NCBI GenBank assembly: GCA_018241445.1
Contig: JAFEDT010000002.1
Coordinates: 66,855 to 130,854, forward strand
Source: Pseudomonadota bacterium
Lineage (GTDB): Bacteria; Pseudomonadota; Gammaproteobacteria; Steroidobacterales; Steroidobacteraceae
Reading direction: 5' to 3'
Length of the DNA stretch: 64,000 nucleotides
The notes below the pieces were generated by a model. That model was not told the origin of the DNA. It did not search any database and worked only from the letters and a program-made list of their open reading frames with translations. Positions 23,324 through 34,507 of this stretch are shown here, piece after piece. A program made the translations under genes and the position numbers. Positions within the stretch are counted from its first letter, which is position 1, and every line of letters begins with the position of its first letter.

Positions 23324-24369
23324 GAAGCCCTCGTCGGACCCGGCGCTGCCGGCCCAGCCCCGGCGGGCTTCTCCACGTGTCCGCCGAATCCCAGCCGCAT
23401 GGCTGACAGCACCTTGTTGGCAAAGTCGGCCAGGCCGCGCGAATCGAAGCGCGAGTACAGGGCCGCGGTCAGCACCGGCGCCGGCACGCCGACCTCGATG
23501 GCGGCCTGCGCGGTCCAACGGCCCTCGCCGGAATCGGCCACGTTACCGGAGAACCCGGCCAGCGCCGGGTCATTCACCAGTGCGGCGGCGGTCAGGTCCA
23601 GCAGCCGCGAGGAGACGATGCTGCCGTGGCGCCACACTTCGGCGATGGCCGCGACGTCGAGCGGATACTGGTAGTACTGCGGGTTGGCCAGCGGCGCGGT
23701 CTCCGCATCCGCGGTGGCGGCGCGCGTGCCGGCATTGGCGTGCGCCAGCAGGTTCAATCCTTCCGCGTAGGCGGCCATCAGCCCGTACTCGATGCCGTTG
23801 TGCACCATCTTGACGAAGTGGCCGGAGCCCGCGGGACCGCAGTGCAGGTAGCCCAGTTGCGCGGCTGCGTGACTTGCGGCCCCGGCGCCGCCGGCGGCCA
23901 TGCGCCCGCCCGGCGCCAGCGTGGCCAGCGCCGGCTCCAGCAGCGCGACGGCGTGCGCCTCGCCTCCGACCATCAGGCAGTAACCCTGCTCGAAACCGAG
24001 CACTCCGCCACTGGTGCCGGCGTCCACGTAGGCAATGCCGTCAGCCTTGAGGTTCGCGGCGCGGCGGATGTCGTCGTGGTAGTGGGAGTTGCCGCCGTCG
24101 ATCAGCACGTCGCCGGTGCGCAGCAGCGGCCGCAGCTGCGCGATGACGCCATCGACGATGGCGGCGGGCACCATGATCCACACGGCGCGCGGCGGCGCCA
24201 GCGCCTGCACCAGCGCGGCGGGTGAATCGACACTGCGTGCGCCGTAACCGGCGGCGACCTGCCGCGCCTGCGCGGAAGGATCGTAGGCGACGCACTCGTG
24301 CCCACCCTGCACCAGCCGGCGCACCATGTTGGCGCCCATCCTGCCCAGTCCGATCATCCCTATCTGCAT
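23320..24369 (-). CDS. gnd: 6-phosphogluconate dehydrogenase, decarboxylating (short ~350-aa form)
   Basis: 349 aa: [19 protein letters not shown] (Rossmann), [30 protein letters not shown]. Confidence 0.9.
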   Translation of the reverse strand: MQIGMIGLGRMGANMVRRLVQGGHECVAYDPSAQARQVAAGYGARSVDSPAALVQALAPPRAVWIMVPAAIVDGVIAQLRPLLRTGDVLIDGGNSHYHDDIRRAANLKADGIAYVDAGTSGGVLGFEQGYCLMVGGEAHAVALLEPALATLAPGGRMAAGGAGAASHAAAQLGYLHCGPAGSGHFVKMVHNGIEYGLMAAYAEGLNLLAHANAGTRAATADAETAPLANPQYYQYPLDVAAIAEVWRHGSIVSSRLLDLTAAALVNDPALAGFSGNVADSGEGRWTAQAAIEVGVPAPVLTAALYSRFDSRGLADFANKVLSAMRLGFGGHVEKPAGAGPAAPGPTRAS

Positions 24370-24406
24370 GGTAGAGCCCTCCGTGCGATTTTCGCCATGC
24401 CCTGAA

Positions 24407-25909
<1,503 letters not shown>

Positions 25910-25913
<4 letters not shown>

Positions 25914-26311
25914 GGACTGTCACTCCCGCCACGACGGCTGTGATGGGCAAAATAGCGTACCCCGGGGACCCCTTCGAAATCCGCATCCTGGGTCCAGAAC
26001 ATGGCCGAGTGCCGCTGCGCGGTCGCGAGCATGATGCCGTCCGCCATGGCGATGCGCAGCTCCAGCGACAGGCGCGCGGCGGCCACGGCGGTGGCGCGGT
26101 CGAGGTCCACCACCCGGCCCTGCTCCATGACAGCTATGGCGCGCAGGGCGTCGTCCTCATCGCGCTGCTCGGCGACGCGCCTGAAGACTTCGAACAGTGA
26201 CAACGTGGGCACCAGCAGCGATCGCGTGGCTTCAATGGGCCTGGCGAACTCTGCGGCGTTGGGGCCGTCGGCGAAATACTCCAGCCACGCCGACGAATCG
26301 ACGACATTCAT
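25910..26311 (-). CDS. vapC: PIN-domain ribonuclease toxin VapC
   Basis: 133 aa. PIN acidic residues are in context: MNVVDSSAW (D5), LSLFEVF (E), AMADGIMLATA (D), WTQDADF (D). The start overlaps the vapB stop and the stop overlaps the ibaG start (ATGA at both junctions). Confidence 0.85.
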
Positions 26312-26517
26312 ACGCGGTCGGGGTGGCGGGCAACGTCGGTGGCCAGACCCTTGAGCGACCCGCGGCTTGCCTTGACCGACTTCAGCGGCACCAGCTCGAT
26401 CCGCCCCCGGTACTCGATGGCGTGCAGCTTTTCCCCGGGGCGGATCCCCAGCGCCGCGCGGATCGCGCGCGGGATCACGATCTGGAACTTCGGCGACACC
26501 GTGATGGTGGTCGTCAT
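26308..26517 (-). CDS. vapB: AbrB/SpoVT-type antitoxin VapB
   Basis: 69 aa. MTTTITVSPKFQIVIPRAIRAALGIRPGEKL is a typical swapped-hairpin AbrB/MazE DNA-binding N-terminus. It lies immediately upstream of the PIN gene. Confidence 0.85.
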   Translation of the reverse strand: MTTTITVSPKFQIVIPRAIRAALGIRPGEKLHAIEYRGRIELVPLKSVKASRGSLKGLATDVARHPDRV

Positions 26518-26567
26518 ACGATTCTCCTATCGATCGCTGAATTGTAATACACGCTGCCGCGCGTCAC

Positions 26568-26601
26568 CACCTGGCCCCCGGCCGCACCTGGCCCCCGGCC
26601 G
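26568..26601. repeat. Perfect 17-bp direct tandem repeat (2 copies)
   Basis: CACCTGGCCCCCGGCCG occurs twice (26568-26584 and 26585-26601) in the vapB/kdsD divergent intergenic region, about 50-85 nt upstream of the vapB start. Confidence 0.9.
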
Positions 26602-26649
26602 CCGGCAATGGTCGCGCAGACCGGTCAGGCAGACATGTTCTGCGCCGAA

Positions 26650-26669
26650 GTGTGTACAGATATACACAC
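26650..26669. promoter_or_regulatory. AT-rich inverted repeat (possible operator) in the vapB/kdsD intergenic region
   Basis: GTGTGTA-CAGATA-TACACAC has 7-bp perfect arms and is the most AT-rich spot of the spacer. Its function is unknown. Confidence 0.35.
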
Positions 26670-26811
26670 TACTGGCTGGGAAACCCCAACGGCGAGCCAG
26701 GCGCAGCGCGCGTGCGCTCCCTCCTTCAGGTAATCCGCACCCGGATCGGCAGTGCGAACGTCGGGTGGATCCGGTGGGCAGCGCCTGGAAACTGCCGCCT
26801 ATAATGCCGGC

Positions 26812-27792
26812 ATGGACGCCACCGACGACACCCGCCTGCTGGCCTCGGCGCGCCGCGCGCTCGAGGTGGAAGCGCGCGCCCTGCAGGCACTGGTACCGCG
26901 CCTGGACGCGGCCTTCGCGCGCGCCTGCCGCCTGTGCCTCGACTGTCCGGGGCGGGTGGTGGTCACGGGCATGGGCAAGTCGGGACACATTGCCGGCAAG
27001 ATTGCCGCAACCCTCGCCAGTACCGGCACGCCGGCCTTCTTCCTGCATCCGGCCGAAGCCGGTCACGGCGACCTGGGCATGATCACGCGCAGCGACGTGG
27101 TGCTGGCGCTGTCCAACTCCGGCGAGACCGCGGAACTGGTCCTGCTGCTGCCGCACCTGAAGCGCCTGGACGTGCCCTTGATCGTCATGAGTGGCCGCCC
27201 CAACTCGACACTGGCGCGCGCAGCGCACGTCAGCCTCGACGTCAGCGTGCCCGAGGAGGCCTGCCCGCTCAATCTCGCCCCAACCGCCAGCACCACGGCG
27301 ACTTTGGCCATGGGTGATGCCCTTGCCGTGGCGCTGCTCGAGGCGCGTGGCTTCACCCGCGAGGAGTTCGCCCGTGCCCACCCCGGCGGCACCCTCGGGC
27401 GCAAGCTGCTGTTGCACGTACAGGACCTGATGCGTACCGGGGCCGCCCTGCCGCGCGTGGGGCCGGATGAGCCGCTGTCCGCCGGCCTGATGGAAATGTC
27501 GCGCAAGGGACTGGGCATGACGGTCATCGTCGCACCCGATGAACGCATCCTGGGCGTATTCACGGACGGGGATCTGCGGCGCGCGCTGGACCGCCAGATC
27601 AATGTACACGACACCACCATGCGCGCGGTCATGACCGAGGGCGGCCGGCGCATCGGGCCGCACGAGCTGGCCGCCGAAGCGGTGCACCTGATGGAGGTGC
27701 ACCGCATCACCGCGCTGCCCGTTGCGGACGCGCAGGGACGTCTGGTCGGCGCACTCAACGTACATGACCTGATGCGTGCGGGAGTCGTGTGA
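26812..27792 (+). CDS. kdsD: Arabinose-5-phosphate isomerase KdsD
   Basis: Part of ORF 26752..27792, start MDATDDTRLL at 26812. It has a SIS domain (VVVTGMGKSGHIAGKIAATLASTGTPAFFLHP) plus a tandem CBS pair, followed by kdsC-lptCAB. Confidence 0.92.
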   Translation: MDATDDTRLLASARRALEVEARALQALVPRLDAAFARACRLCLDCPGRVVVTGMGKSGHIAGKIAATLASTGTPAFFLHPAEAGHGDLGMITRSDVVLALSNSGETAELVLLLPHLKRLDVPLIVMSGRPNSTLARAAHVSLDVSVPEEACPLNLAPTASTTATLAMGDALAVALLEARGFTREEFARAHPGGTLGRKLLLHVQDLMRTGAALPRVGPDEPLSAGLMEMSRKGLGMTVIVAPDERILGVFTDGDLRRALDRQINVHDTTMRAVMTEGGRRIGPHELAAEAVHLMEVHRITALPVADAQGRLVGALNVHDLMRAGVV

Positions 27793-28301
27793 GGAGGCCT
27801 GCTGCAGCGGCGGCGGACATCCGCCTGCTGGTCCTGGACGTCGACGGCGTGCTCACCGACGGCCGCCTGTACTTCGGGGCGCGCGGCGAGGCCCTCAAGG
27901 TCTTCCACGTGCGCGATGGACACGGCATCGTGCAGATCCTGCGCGCCGGATTGGCGGTGGCGGTGATTTCCGGCAGGCGCTCGCCGATGGTGCGGGCACG
28001 CTGCCGCGAGCTGGGCATCCGCCACCTGCACCAGGGCGTCGCGGACAAACTGCTGCCGTTCACACGGCTGTGCACGCGCCTGGCGCTTGCGCCCTCGCAA
28101 TGCGCCTGCATCGGCGATGACCTGGCGGACGTGCAGCTGATGCGGCGGGTGGGACTGGCCTTCGCGGTGGCCGACGCGCACGCGGGCGCACGTGCGGCAG
28201 CGCACGCGGTCACGCGCCTGCCGGGCGGAGCTGGCGCCGTGCGCGAAGTCTGCGACCTGCTGCTGGCGGCCCGCGGCGCCCGGGCGGGGGGCCGCCGGTG
28301 A
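27789..28301 (+). CDS. kdsC: 3-deoxy-D-manno-octulosonate 8-phosphate phosphatase KdsC
   Basis: 170 aa with the HAD motif LLVLDVDGVLTDGRLYF and GDDLADV. The start overlaps the kdsD stop. Confidence 0.9.
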   Translation: MRRPAAAAADIRLLVLDVDGVLTDGRLYFGARGEALKVFHVRDGHGIVQILRAGLAVAVISGRRSPMVRARCRELGIRHLHQGVADKLLPFTRLCTRLALAPSQCACIGDDLADVQLMRRVGLAFAVADAHAGARAAAHAVTRLPGGAGAVREVCDLLLAARGARAGGRR

Positions 28302-28861
28302 TGCAACGCATTGCGGTTGGCCTGGCGCTGGTGGCGCTGATTGTCGCCGTGGTGGTTATGTCCGGCGGCCAGCGCGAGACGGCGATGCCCGCCGGTACGG
28401 GTGAGGAAATCCGCGACCCCGGCTACTCGGCGCTGGATGCGCACCTGGTGCAGACCGGTGCCGATGGCCAGCCGCGCTACACCCTGGATGCGCAGCGCAT
28501 CCAGCAGGAACCGGGTGGGGGCAAGGTCGACATGCAGCAGGTGCGTCTGCACCTGCGCGACGACAACGGCAACCCATGGACCGCCCAGGCCCAGCGCGGC
28601 CAGCTGGCGCAGGACAGCGGCATCGTGCAACTGGACGGCAGCGTGGTGGTCACCGGCATCGTACCGGGTACGCAGGACGACACGCAGATCACCACCGAGC
28701 ACCTGGCCTTTGACACCCACGCGCAGGTGCTGGCGACGCCCACCGACACGACCATCAGCATGTCGGGGCGCCAGTTGAGCGCGCACGGCATGACGGCCAG
28801 CTTGAAGGACCGGCACGTGCAGCTAGAATCCGCGGTACATGGTACGTTCCTGCCTCATTAG
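28298..28861 (+). CDS. lptC: LPS export protein LptC
   Basis: 187 aa with an N-terminal TM anchor (IAVGLALVALIVAVVVM) and a beta-jellyroll-like remainder. It sits in the conserved position between kdsC and lptA. Confidence 0.8.
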   Translation: MMQRIAVGLALVALIVAVVVMSGGQRETAMPAGTGEEIRDPGYSALDAHLVQTGADGQPRYTLDAQRIQQEPGGGKVDMQQVRLHLRDDNGNPWTAQAQRGQLAQDSGIVQLDGSVVVTGIVPGTQDDTQITTEHLAFDTHAQVLATPTDTTISMSGRQLSAHGMTASLKDRHVQLESAVHGTFLPH

Positions 28862-29654
28862 CCGCCTGCTGCTGTCCGCCGGCGCGGCCCTGGCGACGGC
28901 GGCGCCCGCCGCGGCACCGGCGACCCCCGCGACGACCCCCGCGACGACCCCCGCGGCGACGACTGCGCCCGCTGCAGCGCCCGCGACGGCGCCGGCGACC
29001 GCGCAGACGCCCGTGACAGCCGCGGCGCCCTCCACGCAGCTGCCGATCAAGGTCGACGCCGCCAGCTCCGACGTCGACTACAAAACCAACACCGTCAACT
29101 TCCGTGACGTGGTCATCTCGCAGGGCGCCACACGGGTCCAGGCCGATCGCGCGCACGCCACCGGACTTACCTTCGGCAACAGCCGCTGGACCTTCAGCGG
29201 CAACGTGCGCATCGACGCCGAGCAACGCGGCAGCCTGCGCTCCGACGAGGCGGTGGTGGAATTCCGTGACGACCACATCGCACGCGCCACCATCAGCGGC
29301 ACGCCGGCGCAGTTCGAGCAGGCGCGCGAGGGTGCGGCGCCGCCGGCCCGCGGCCGCGCCGGGCAGATTGTCTACGACCTGAACGACGGCACCGTGCGCC
29401 TGTCGGGTGACGCCTGGCTGTCGGACGGCAAGAGCGAGATTTCCGGGCCGACGCTGGTCTACAACATCCGCGCGCAGCGCGTGCAGGCGACGGCAGCGCC
29501 CGACGGCGGCAAGCGGGTGCAGATCACCATCGACCCCAACAGTGGCGCCATCATCGACCACTCAGCGGCGACGCCACCGCGCGGCGCGACTGATCCGGGC
29601 GCGAAACCCGCGCCGCCTCCGTCGCCCCCGCCACAGCTTCCCCCTCGCTCATGA
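28839..29654 (+). CDS. lptA: LPS transport periplasmic protein LptA (extended, low-complexity termini)
   Basis: 271 aa. A signal peptide and a ~45-aa Ala/Pro/Thr tract precede the OstA-like core ([27 protein letters not shown]...VEFRDDHI...[10 protein letters not shown]). A Pro-rich C-terminal tail follows. It lies between lptC and lptB. Confidence 0.85.
   Translation: MVRSCLISRLLLSAGAALATAAPAAAPATPATTPATTPAATTAPAAAPATAPATAQTPVTAAAPSTQLPIKVDAASSDVDYKTNTVNFRDVVISQGATRVQADRAHATGLTFGNSRWTFSGNVRIDAEQRGSLRSDEAVVEFRDDHIARATISGTPAQFEQAREGAAPPARGRAGQIVYDLNDGTVRLSGDAWLSDGKSEISGPTLVYNIRAQRVQATAAPDGGKRVQITIDPNSGAIIDHSAATPPRGATDPGAKPAPPPSPPPQLPPRS
28922..28957 (+). repeat. 12-bp tandem repeat x3 inside lptA
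   Basis: GACCCCCGCGAC / GACCCCCGCGAC / GACCCCCGCGGC, encoding (A)[12 protein letters not shown]. Confidence 0.9.
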
Positions 29655-30376
29655 TCTCGCTGCGGGCGCAGGGACTGGCCAAGAGCTACAAGTCGCGGCA
29701 GGTGGTACACGACCTGTCGCTCGCGGTCAACGCCGGGGAGGTCGTGGGCCTGCTGGGCCCGAACGGCGCTGGCAAGACAACAGCCTTCTATATGATCGTC
29801 GGGCTGGTGAATTGCGATGCCGGCCACGTACAGCTCGGCGACACCGACCTGACGACGCTGCCAATGCACCGTCGTGCCCAGCTCGGCCTCGGTTACCTGC
29901 CGCAGGAGGCTTCGGTCTTCCGCAAGCTGACGGTGGAAGACAACATCATGGCCATCCTGGAAACCCGCGCGGAACTGGAGCGCGGCACGCGCGAACAGCG
30001 CCTGGAGCGGCTGCTGGAAGACCTGCGCATCGGCCACGTACGCACCAGCATGGGACTGTCGCTGTCCGGCGGCGAACGCCGACGCGTGGAGATCGCGCGG
30101 GCGCTGGCGGCCGAGCCGCGCTTCATCCTGCTGGACGAGCCGTTTGCCGGCGTCGATCCGCTCTCCGTGCTGGACATACAGCGGATCATCCGCGAACTGG
30201 CCGGTCGCGGCATCGGCGTGCTGATCACCGACCATAATGTGCGCGAAACCCTGGGGGTGTGCAACCGCGCCTACATCGTCAACCAGGGAACGGTGATCGC
30301 CGCCGGCAGCGGGGAGGACATCCTGGCCAATCCGACCGTCCGCGAGGTCTACCTGGGGGAATCCTTCCGGCTCTAA
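29651..30376 (+). CDS. lptB: LPS export ABC transporter ATPase LptB
   Basis: 241 aa with Walker [10 protein letters not shown], signature [10 protein letters not shown] and Walker [11 protein letters not shown]. Confidence 0.97.
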   Translation: MISLRAQGLAKSYKSRQVVHDLSLAVNAGEVVGLLGPNGAGKTTAFYMIVGLVNCDAGHVQLGDTDLTTLPMHRRAQLGLGYLPQEASVFRKLTVEDNIMAILETRAELERGTREQRLERLLEDLRIGHVRTSMGLSLSGGERRRVEIARALAAEPRFILLDEPFAGVDPLSVLDIQRIIRELAGRGIGVLITDHNVRETLGVCNRAYIVNQGTVIAAGSGEDILANPTVREVYLGESFRL

Positions 30377-30455
30377 GGCCTTGTTTCGGCAAGCCCGCGG
30401 CACCCATTGCCGCAGGCCCTTGCCACCCCCCGCCCCTTCAGGTGTACTTGGGGCA

Positions 30456-31889
30456 ATGCTCAAACCTTCCCTGCAGCTGAAGCTCGGTCAGCAACTGACC
30501 ATGACTCCGCAGCTGCAGCAGGCAATACGCCTCCTGCAGATGCCCGCCCTGGAGCTGCAGGCGCACATCCGCGAATTGATGGAAAGCAACGTCATGCTCG
30601 AGCCGCTCGAGGAGAGCGAGGGCACTGGCACCTTCGAGGCCGTGGTGACTGCGGCGGAGCAGCCGCCCGCACCCGAAAGCGCCGCAACCCAGGTGGAAGT
30701 CCTGGACGACGGCTGGGGGGAGCGCAACACCGGTCCCGCCGATTCGCCCTGGAATCCCGACGAGGACGAGCGCCAGCAGGAATACGCCGACGACTCCGGA
30801 AATTCACTGCAGGATTACCTGCTGTGGCAGCTGGAGATGGCGAAGCTGGAAGCGCGCCAGCTGGCCATCGCCCGCGCCATCGTCGATGCCATCAGCGACG
30901 ACGGTTACCTGACCGAGACGCTCGAGGACATCGCGCAGACGCTGCGGCCGGAGCTGGATTGCTCCGGGGAGCAGATTGCCCCGGTGCTGGAGCGCGTGCA
31001 GGCGCTGGATCCCCCCGGGGTCGCGGCCCGCTCGGTAGGCGAGTGCATTGAGCTGCAACTGCGCCAGCTCGACCCCGCGACGCCGGGCCTGGAACTGGCG
31101 CTGCAGATTGCGCGCAAGCACCTGGAGCAGGTCGCGGAACGCGAGCTGACGCTGCTGCGGCGCGAGCTGCGCGCTTCCGAGGAGGAACTGGCCGAGGCGC
31201 TGGCGCTGGTGCGCGCCTGTCATCCGCGCCCCGGGGCCACGGTAAACACCGGCAAGGCCCAGTACGTGATACCGGACGTGTTCGTGCGCCGCACCGATCA
31301 CGGCTGGGGTGTCGAGATCAACTCCGCCACCCTGCCGCGAGTGCGGGTCAACCAGGGCTATGCCAGCCTGATCGGCCGCAATGCCAGCCACGCCAGCATG
31401 CGCGCCCAGCTGCAGGAGGCGCGCTGGCTGCTCAAGAGCCTGGAGATCCGCAACGAGACCCTGCTGAAGGTGGCGCGCTGCATCGTCGAGCGCCAGACCG
31501 CCTTCCTGGAGCACGGCGAGGAACAGATGCGCCCCATGATCCTCAAGGACGTCGCCGAGGCGATCGCGATGCACGAGTCCACCATCTCGCGCGTGACTTC
31601 GGGAAAGTTCATGCACACCCCGCGCGGGGTGTTCGAACTGCGTTATTTTTTTTCCAGCCAGGTCGAGGGCGCCGACGGTTCCGGCACCTCCTCGACCGCG
31701 ATCCGCGCCAAGATCAGGAAGCTGGTCAGGGACGAGGACCCGGAGGCTCCGCTGAGCGACGGCCGCATTGCCGAGCTGCTCTCGATCGAGGGGATTCCGG
31801 TGGCACGCCGCACGGTCGCCAAGTATCGCGAGGCCCTGAGGATCGCAGCTTCGAGCGAGCGGCGCCGCGCAGGATTGAAGCAGATGTGA
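30456..31889 (+). CDS. rpoN: RNA polymerase sigma-54 factor
   Basis: Part of ORF 30381..31889, start at MLKPSLQLKLGQQLTMTPQLQQAIRLLQM (30456). The C-terminal RpoN box is ARRTVAKYRE. Confidence 0.97.
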   Translation: MLKPSLQLKLGQQLTMTPQLQQAIRLLQMPALELQAHIRELMESNVMLEPLEESEGTGTFEAVVTAAEQPPAPESAATQVEVLDDGWGERNTGPADSPWNPDEDERQQEYADDSGNSLQDYLLWQLEMAKLEARQLAIARAIVDAISDDGYLTETLEDIAQTLRPELDCSGEQIAPVLERVQALDPPGVAARSVGECIELQLRQLDPATPGLELALQIARKHLEQVAERELTLLRRELRASEEELAEALALVRACHPRPGATVNTGKAQYVIPDVFVRRTDHGWGVEINSATLPRVRVNQGYASLIGRNASHASMRAQLQEARWLLKSLEIRNETLLKVARCIVERQTAFLEHGEEQMRPMILKDVAEAIAMHESTISRVTSGKFMHTPRGVFELRYFFSSQVEGADGSGTSSTAIRAKIRKLVRDEDPEAPLSDGRIAELLSIEGIPVARRTVAKYREALRIAASSERRRAGLKQM

Positions 31890-31924
31890 AAGTGAAATTG
31901 GCATAACTGAAGAGGAGACGGACT

Positions 31925-32242
31925 ATGCAGCTCAACGTCACCGGCCATCACGTCGACGTCACCCCCGCCCTGCGGGGTTACATCGAGAAGAAGCTCGAAC
32001 GCATAGGCAGGCACTTTGACCAGGTGATCGACGTGCATTGCGTATTGACGGTTGAAAAGCTGCGCCAGAAGGCCGAAGCCACCCTGCATGTCAGCGGCAA
32101 TTCGATCCACGCGGACGCCACGCAGGAGGACATGTACGCCGCCATTGACCTGCTGACCGACAAGCTTGATCGCCGCGTGAAGAAGCACAAGGAGAAGCGC
32201 GGCGATCACCACGCCGCCCAGGCGCGGGCATTGCGCGTATGA
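31925..32242 (+). CDS. hpf: Ribosome hibernation promoting factor (short HPF/YhbH type)
   Basis: 105 aa (MQLNVTGHHVDVTPALRGYIEKKLERIGRHFD), directly after rpoN. Confidence 0.92.
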   Translation: MQLNVTGHHVDVTPALRGYIEKKLERIGRHFDQVIDVHCVLTVEKLRQKAEATLHVSGNSIHADATQEDMYAAIDLLTDKLDRRVKKHKEKRGDHHAAQARALRV

Positions 32243-32324
32243 TCCGGGCTTAGGTTTTGGCTCCGTGCCCCGGGTTCGCTCCCGGCGAACCCGGGTGGGT
32301 CCGGCGCGCAGCGCCCAGGAAGTC

Positions 32325-33242
32325 GTGCGCATCATCATCCTCAGCGGACTCTCCGGCTCCGGCAAGAGCGTGGCCCTGCACATGCTCGAGGACCTCGGGT
32401 TCTACTGCATCGACAACATCCCGGCAGCCCTGCTCAAGGCCTTCGTCTCGCACACCGTGCGCAGCCCGGAGGTCAGCTACGAACGTACCGCGGTGGGCCT
32501 GGACGCGCGCAACACGGCGGCCGAGATCGCCAGCGTGCCGCGCCTGGTTGACGAGCTGAAGAAGAGCGGCATCTCCTGCGAGGTGATCTTCCTGGTGGCC
32601 GCCGAGGACGAGCTGCTGCGGCGCTTCGCTGAAACCCGCCGCAAGCACCCGATGGTCCGCAGTGACCTGAACCTGCGCGAGGCCATGACACTCGAACGCG
32701 AACTGCTCGAGCCGCTGGCGGCGGTGGCCGACCTGATCATCGACACCTCGCGCCTGTCGGTGCATGCCCTGCGCGACATCATCCACAAGCGCGTCGAGCA
32801 GCGCAGCACCGGCCGACTTTCGATCACCTTCGAGTCCTTCGGCTTCAAGCGCGGCATTCCCGCGGATGCGGATTTTGTCTTCGATGCGCGCGCGCTGCCC
32901 AACCCCTACTGGGAGCCCGGCCTGCGCAATCTCACCGGGCGCGACGCCGAGGTGGCGCACTTCATGCAGACCCAGACCAACGTCACGGCCTTCATCGCCG
33001 ACATCGCCCGCTTCGTGCGCGGGCGTATCCCGGAATACGCCGCCGGCAACCGTGGTTACCTGACGGTGGCGGTAGGTTGCACCGGCGGCCAGCACCGCTC
33101 GGTGTACATCGTGGAGCGCCTGGCGGAGATCTTCGCTGCGGAGTTCGAAGGCGTCACGGCGCGCCACGGCGGCCTGCCGGACGCCAAGCTGTTCGGCGCG
33201 CGCGCGCGCGCGCCGACCGAGCCGCTGCCCACCACCGGCTGA
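32325..33242 (+). CDS. rapZ: RNase adapter / nucleotide-binding protein RapZ (YhbJ)
   Basis: ORF 32265..33242; the probable GTG start at 32325 gives VRIIILSGLSGSGKSVALHMLEDLGFYCIDNIP (P-loop). Further on are RKHP, FGFKRGIP and GCTGGQHRSV. Confidence 0.9.
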   Translation: MRIIILSGLSGSGKSVALHMLEDLGFYCIDNIPAALLKAFVSHTVRSPEVSYERTAVGLDARNTAAEIASVPRLVDELKKSGISCEVIFLVAAEDELLRRFAETRRKHPMVRSDLNLREAMTLERELLEPLAAVADLIIDTSRLSVHALRDIIHKRVEQRSTGRLSITFESFGFKRGIPADADFVFDARALPNPYWEPGLRNLTGRDAEVAHFMQTQTNVTAFIADIARFVRGRIPEYAAGNRGYLTVAVGCTGGQHRSVYIVERLAEIFAAEFEGVTARHGGLPDAKLFGARARAPTEPLPTTG

Positions 33243-33289
33243 TCGGTACGCGGCCACAGGCACAAGGATGTGCCCCGCCACCAACCAGC

Positions 33290-34489
33290 TCAGCTCGCCT
33301 GCGCGATTGCCACCCCGCGCACGGTTTCAGGCAGCGGTTCGCCGTTGACGAAGGCGCGCAGGATGTCGCGCGCCTCCATTGCGTCGCTGTAGCCCAGGTC
33401 GATCAGCGCACGGGTGTAGCCGGCCTCGAACATCAGGTAGCTGGCGAGCTGCGAGTCGGCCGCATCGCGGCCGCCGATGACGCGCAGCAGCGCACGCAGG
33501 CCCGGCGGCATTTCCTGCGTATGCGGCGCCGCCAGCGTGCGCGGATCGACGCTCGGCGCCAGCATCAGGGTATCGACCGTACGCTCGCCCTGCACCGCCG
33601 CCGGCGCCGCGTGTATCAGGGCGTTGATCCGGTCGAGCTGCTCCAGGTCCGCGTACACCTGGTCGGTGATCAGCGTGTCGAGCATGTAACCGAAGATCTC
33701 CCCCGGCGTGGGCATGCCGGTGTGTCGCCGGTCCACGGCCAGCCCCGCGTCGCGCGCCCGCACCCCGATCACCAGTACCCGGTCCGCACCGAGGTGTACG
33801 GCCGGGCTCAGCGGATGCTGCTGGCGCATGGCGCCGTCGCCGAAGTAATCGTTGCCGATGGGCACCGGGGTGAACAGCAGCGGCACCGCGGCACTGGCCA
33901 TCAGGTGGTCCAGGCTCAGGCGGCAGCGCTGGCCGATGCGCTGCACCCGCGACCAGTCGGCGATGGCATCGACCCCGTCGTAGAAGGCCACCGAGGTGCC
34001 GACACTGTAGCTGGTGGAGCACAGCGCCACCGCGCGCAGATGCCCGCGCGCGATGCTGCGCCCGATGCCGTCGAAGTCGATGCGCGCCGTCAGCAGCTGG
34101 CGCAACGGCGTGTTGTCGAGGATCGCCTTCGGCGGCGCCAGCAGCAGCCCGCCCGACAGCAGCGACAGCACCCAGTGCGCGCCGGCGCGCAGCATGTGCG
34201 GCGCGTCGACCTGGAACACCTGGCTGGAGCGGAAGTTGGCCCACACCTCGATCAGCCCGGCGACCGCGCGTCGCCACTGGTGCGCCTCCGCCGCCAGTAC
34301 ACTGGCGGCTACCGCGCCCGCGGAGGTGCCGACGATGATCTGGAAGGGATTGCGCGTGCGCGGCACCAGCTCGGTGAGTGCCTTGAGGACTCCGACCTGG
34401 TAGGCGGCGCGCGAGCCGCCGCCCGTAAGCACCAGGGCCAGCGTCGGGCGCAGCCCCGGCAACCGCACTGATTCGCTTGCTACGTCCAT
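33290..34489 (-). CDS. Patatin-like phospholipase
   Basis: ORF 33290..34504, likely start MDVASES at 34489 (34504 possible). It has an oxyanion-hole LTGGGSRAAYQVG, a nucleophile elbow GTSAG and the catalytic Asp motif FGDGAM. Confidence 0.85.
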   Translation of the reverse strand: MDVASESVRLPGLRPTLALVLTGGGSRAAYQVGVLKALTELVPRTRNPFQIIVGTSAGAVAASVLAAEAHQWRRAVAGLIEVWANFRSSQVFQVDAPHMLRAGAHWVLSLLSGGLLLAPPKAILDNTPLRQLLTARIDFDGIGRSIARGHLRAVALCSTSYSVGTSVAFYDGVDAIADWSRVQRIGQRCRLSLDHLMASAAVPLLFTPVPIGNDYFGDGAMRQQHPLSPAVHLGADRVLVIGVRARDAGLAVDRRHTGMPTPGEIFGYMLDTLITDQVYADLEQLDRINALIHAAPAAVQGERTVDTLMLAPSVDPRTLAAPHTQEMPPGLRALLRVIGGRDAADSQLASYLMFEAGYTRALIDLGYSDAMEARDILRAFVNGEPLPETVRGVAIAQAS

Positions 34490-34507
34490 GCGCGGATACC
34501 CCATCCA

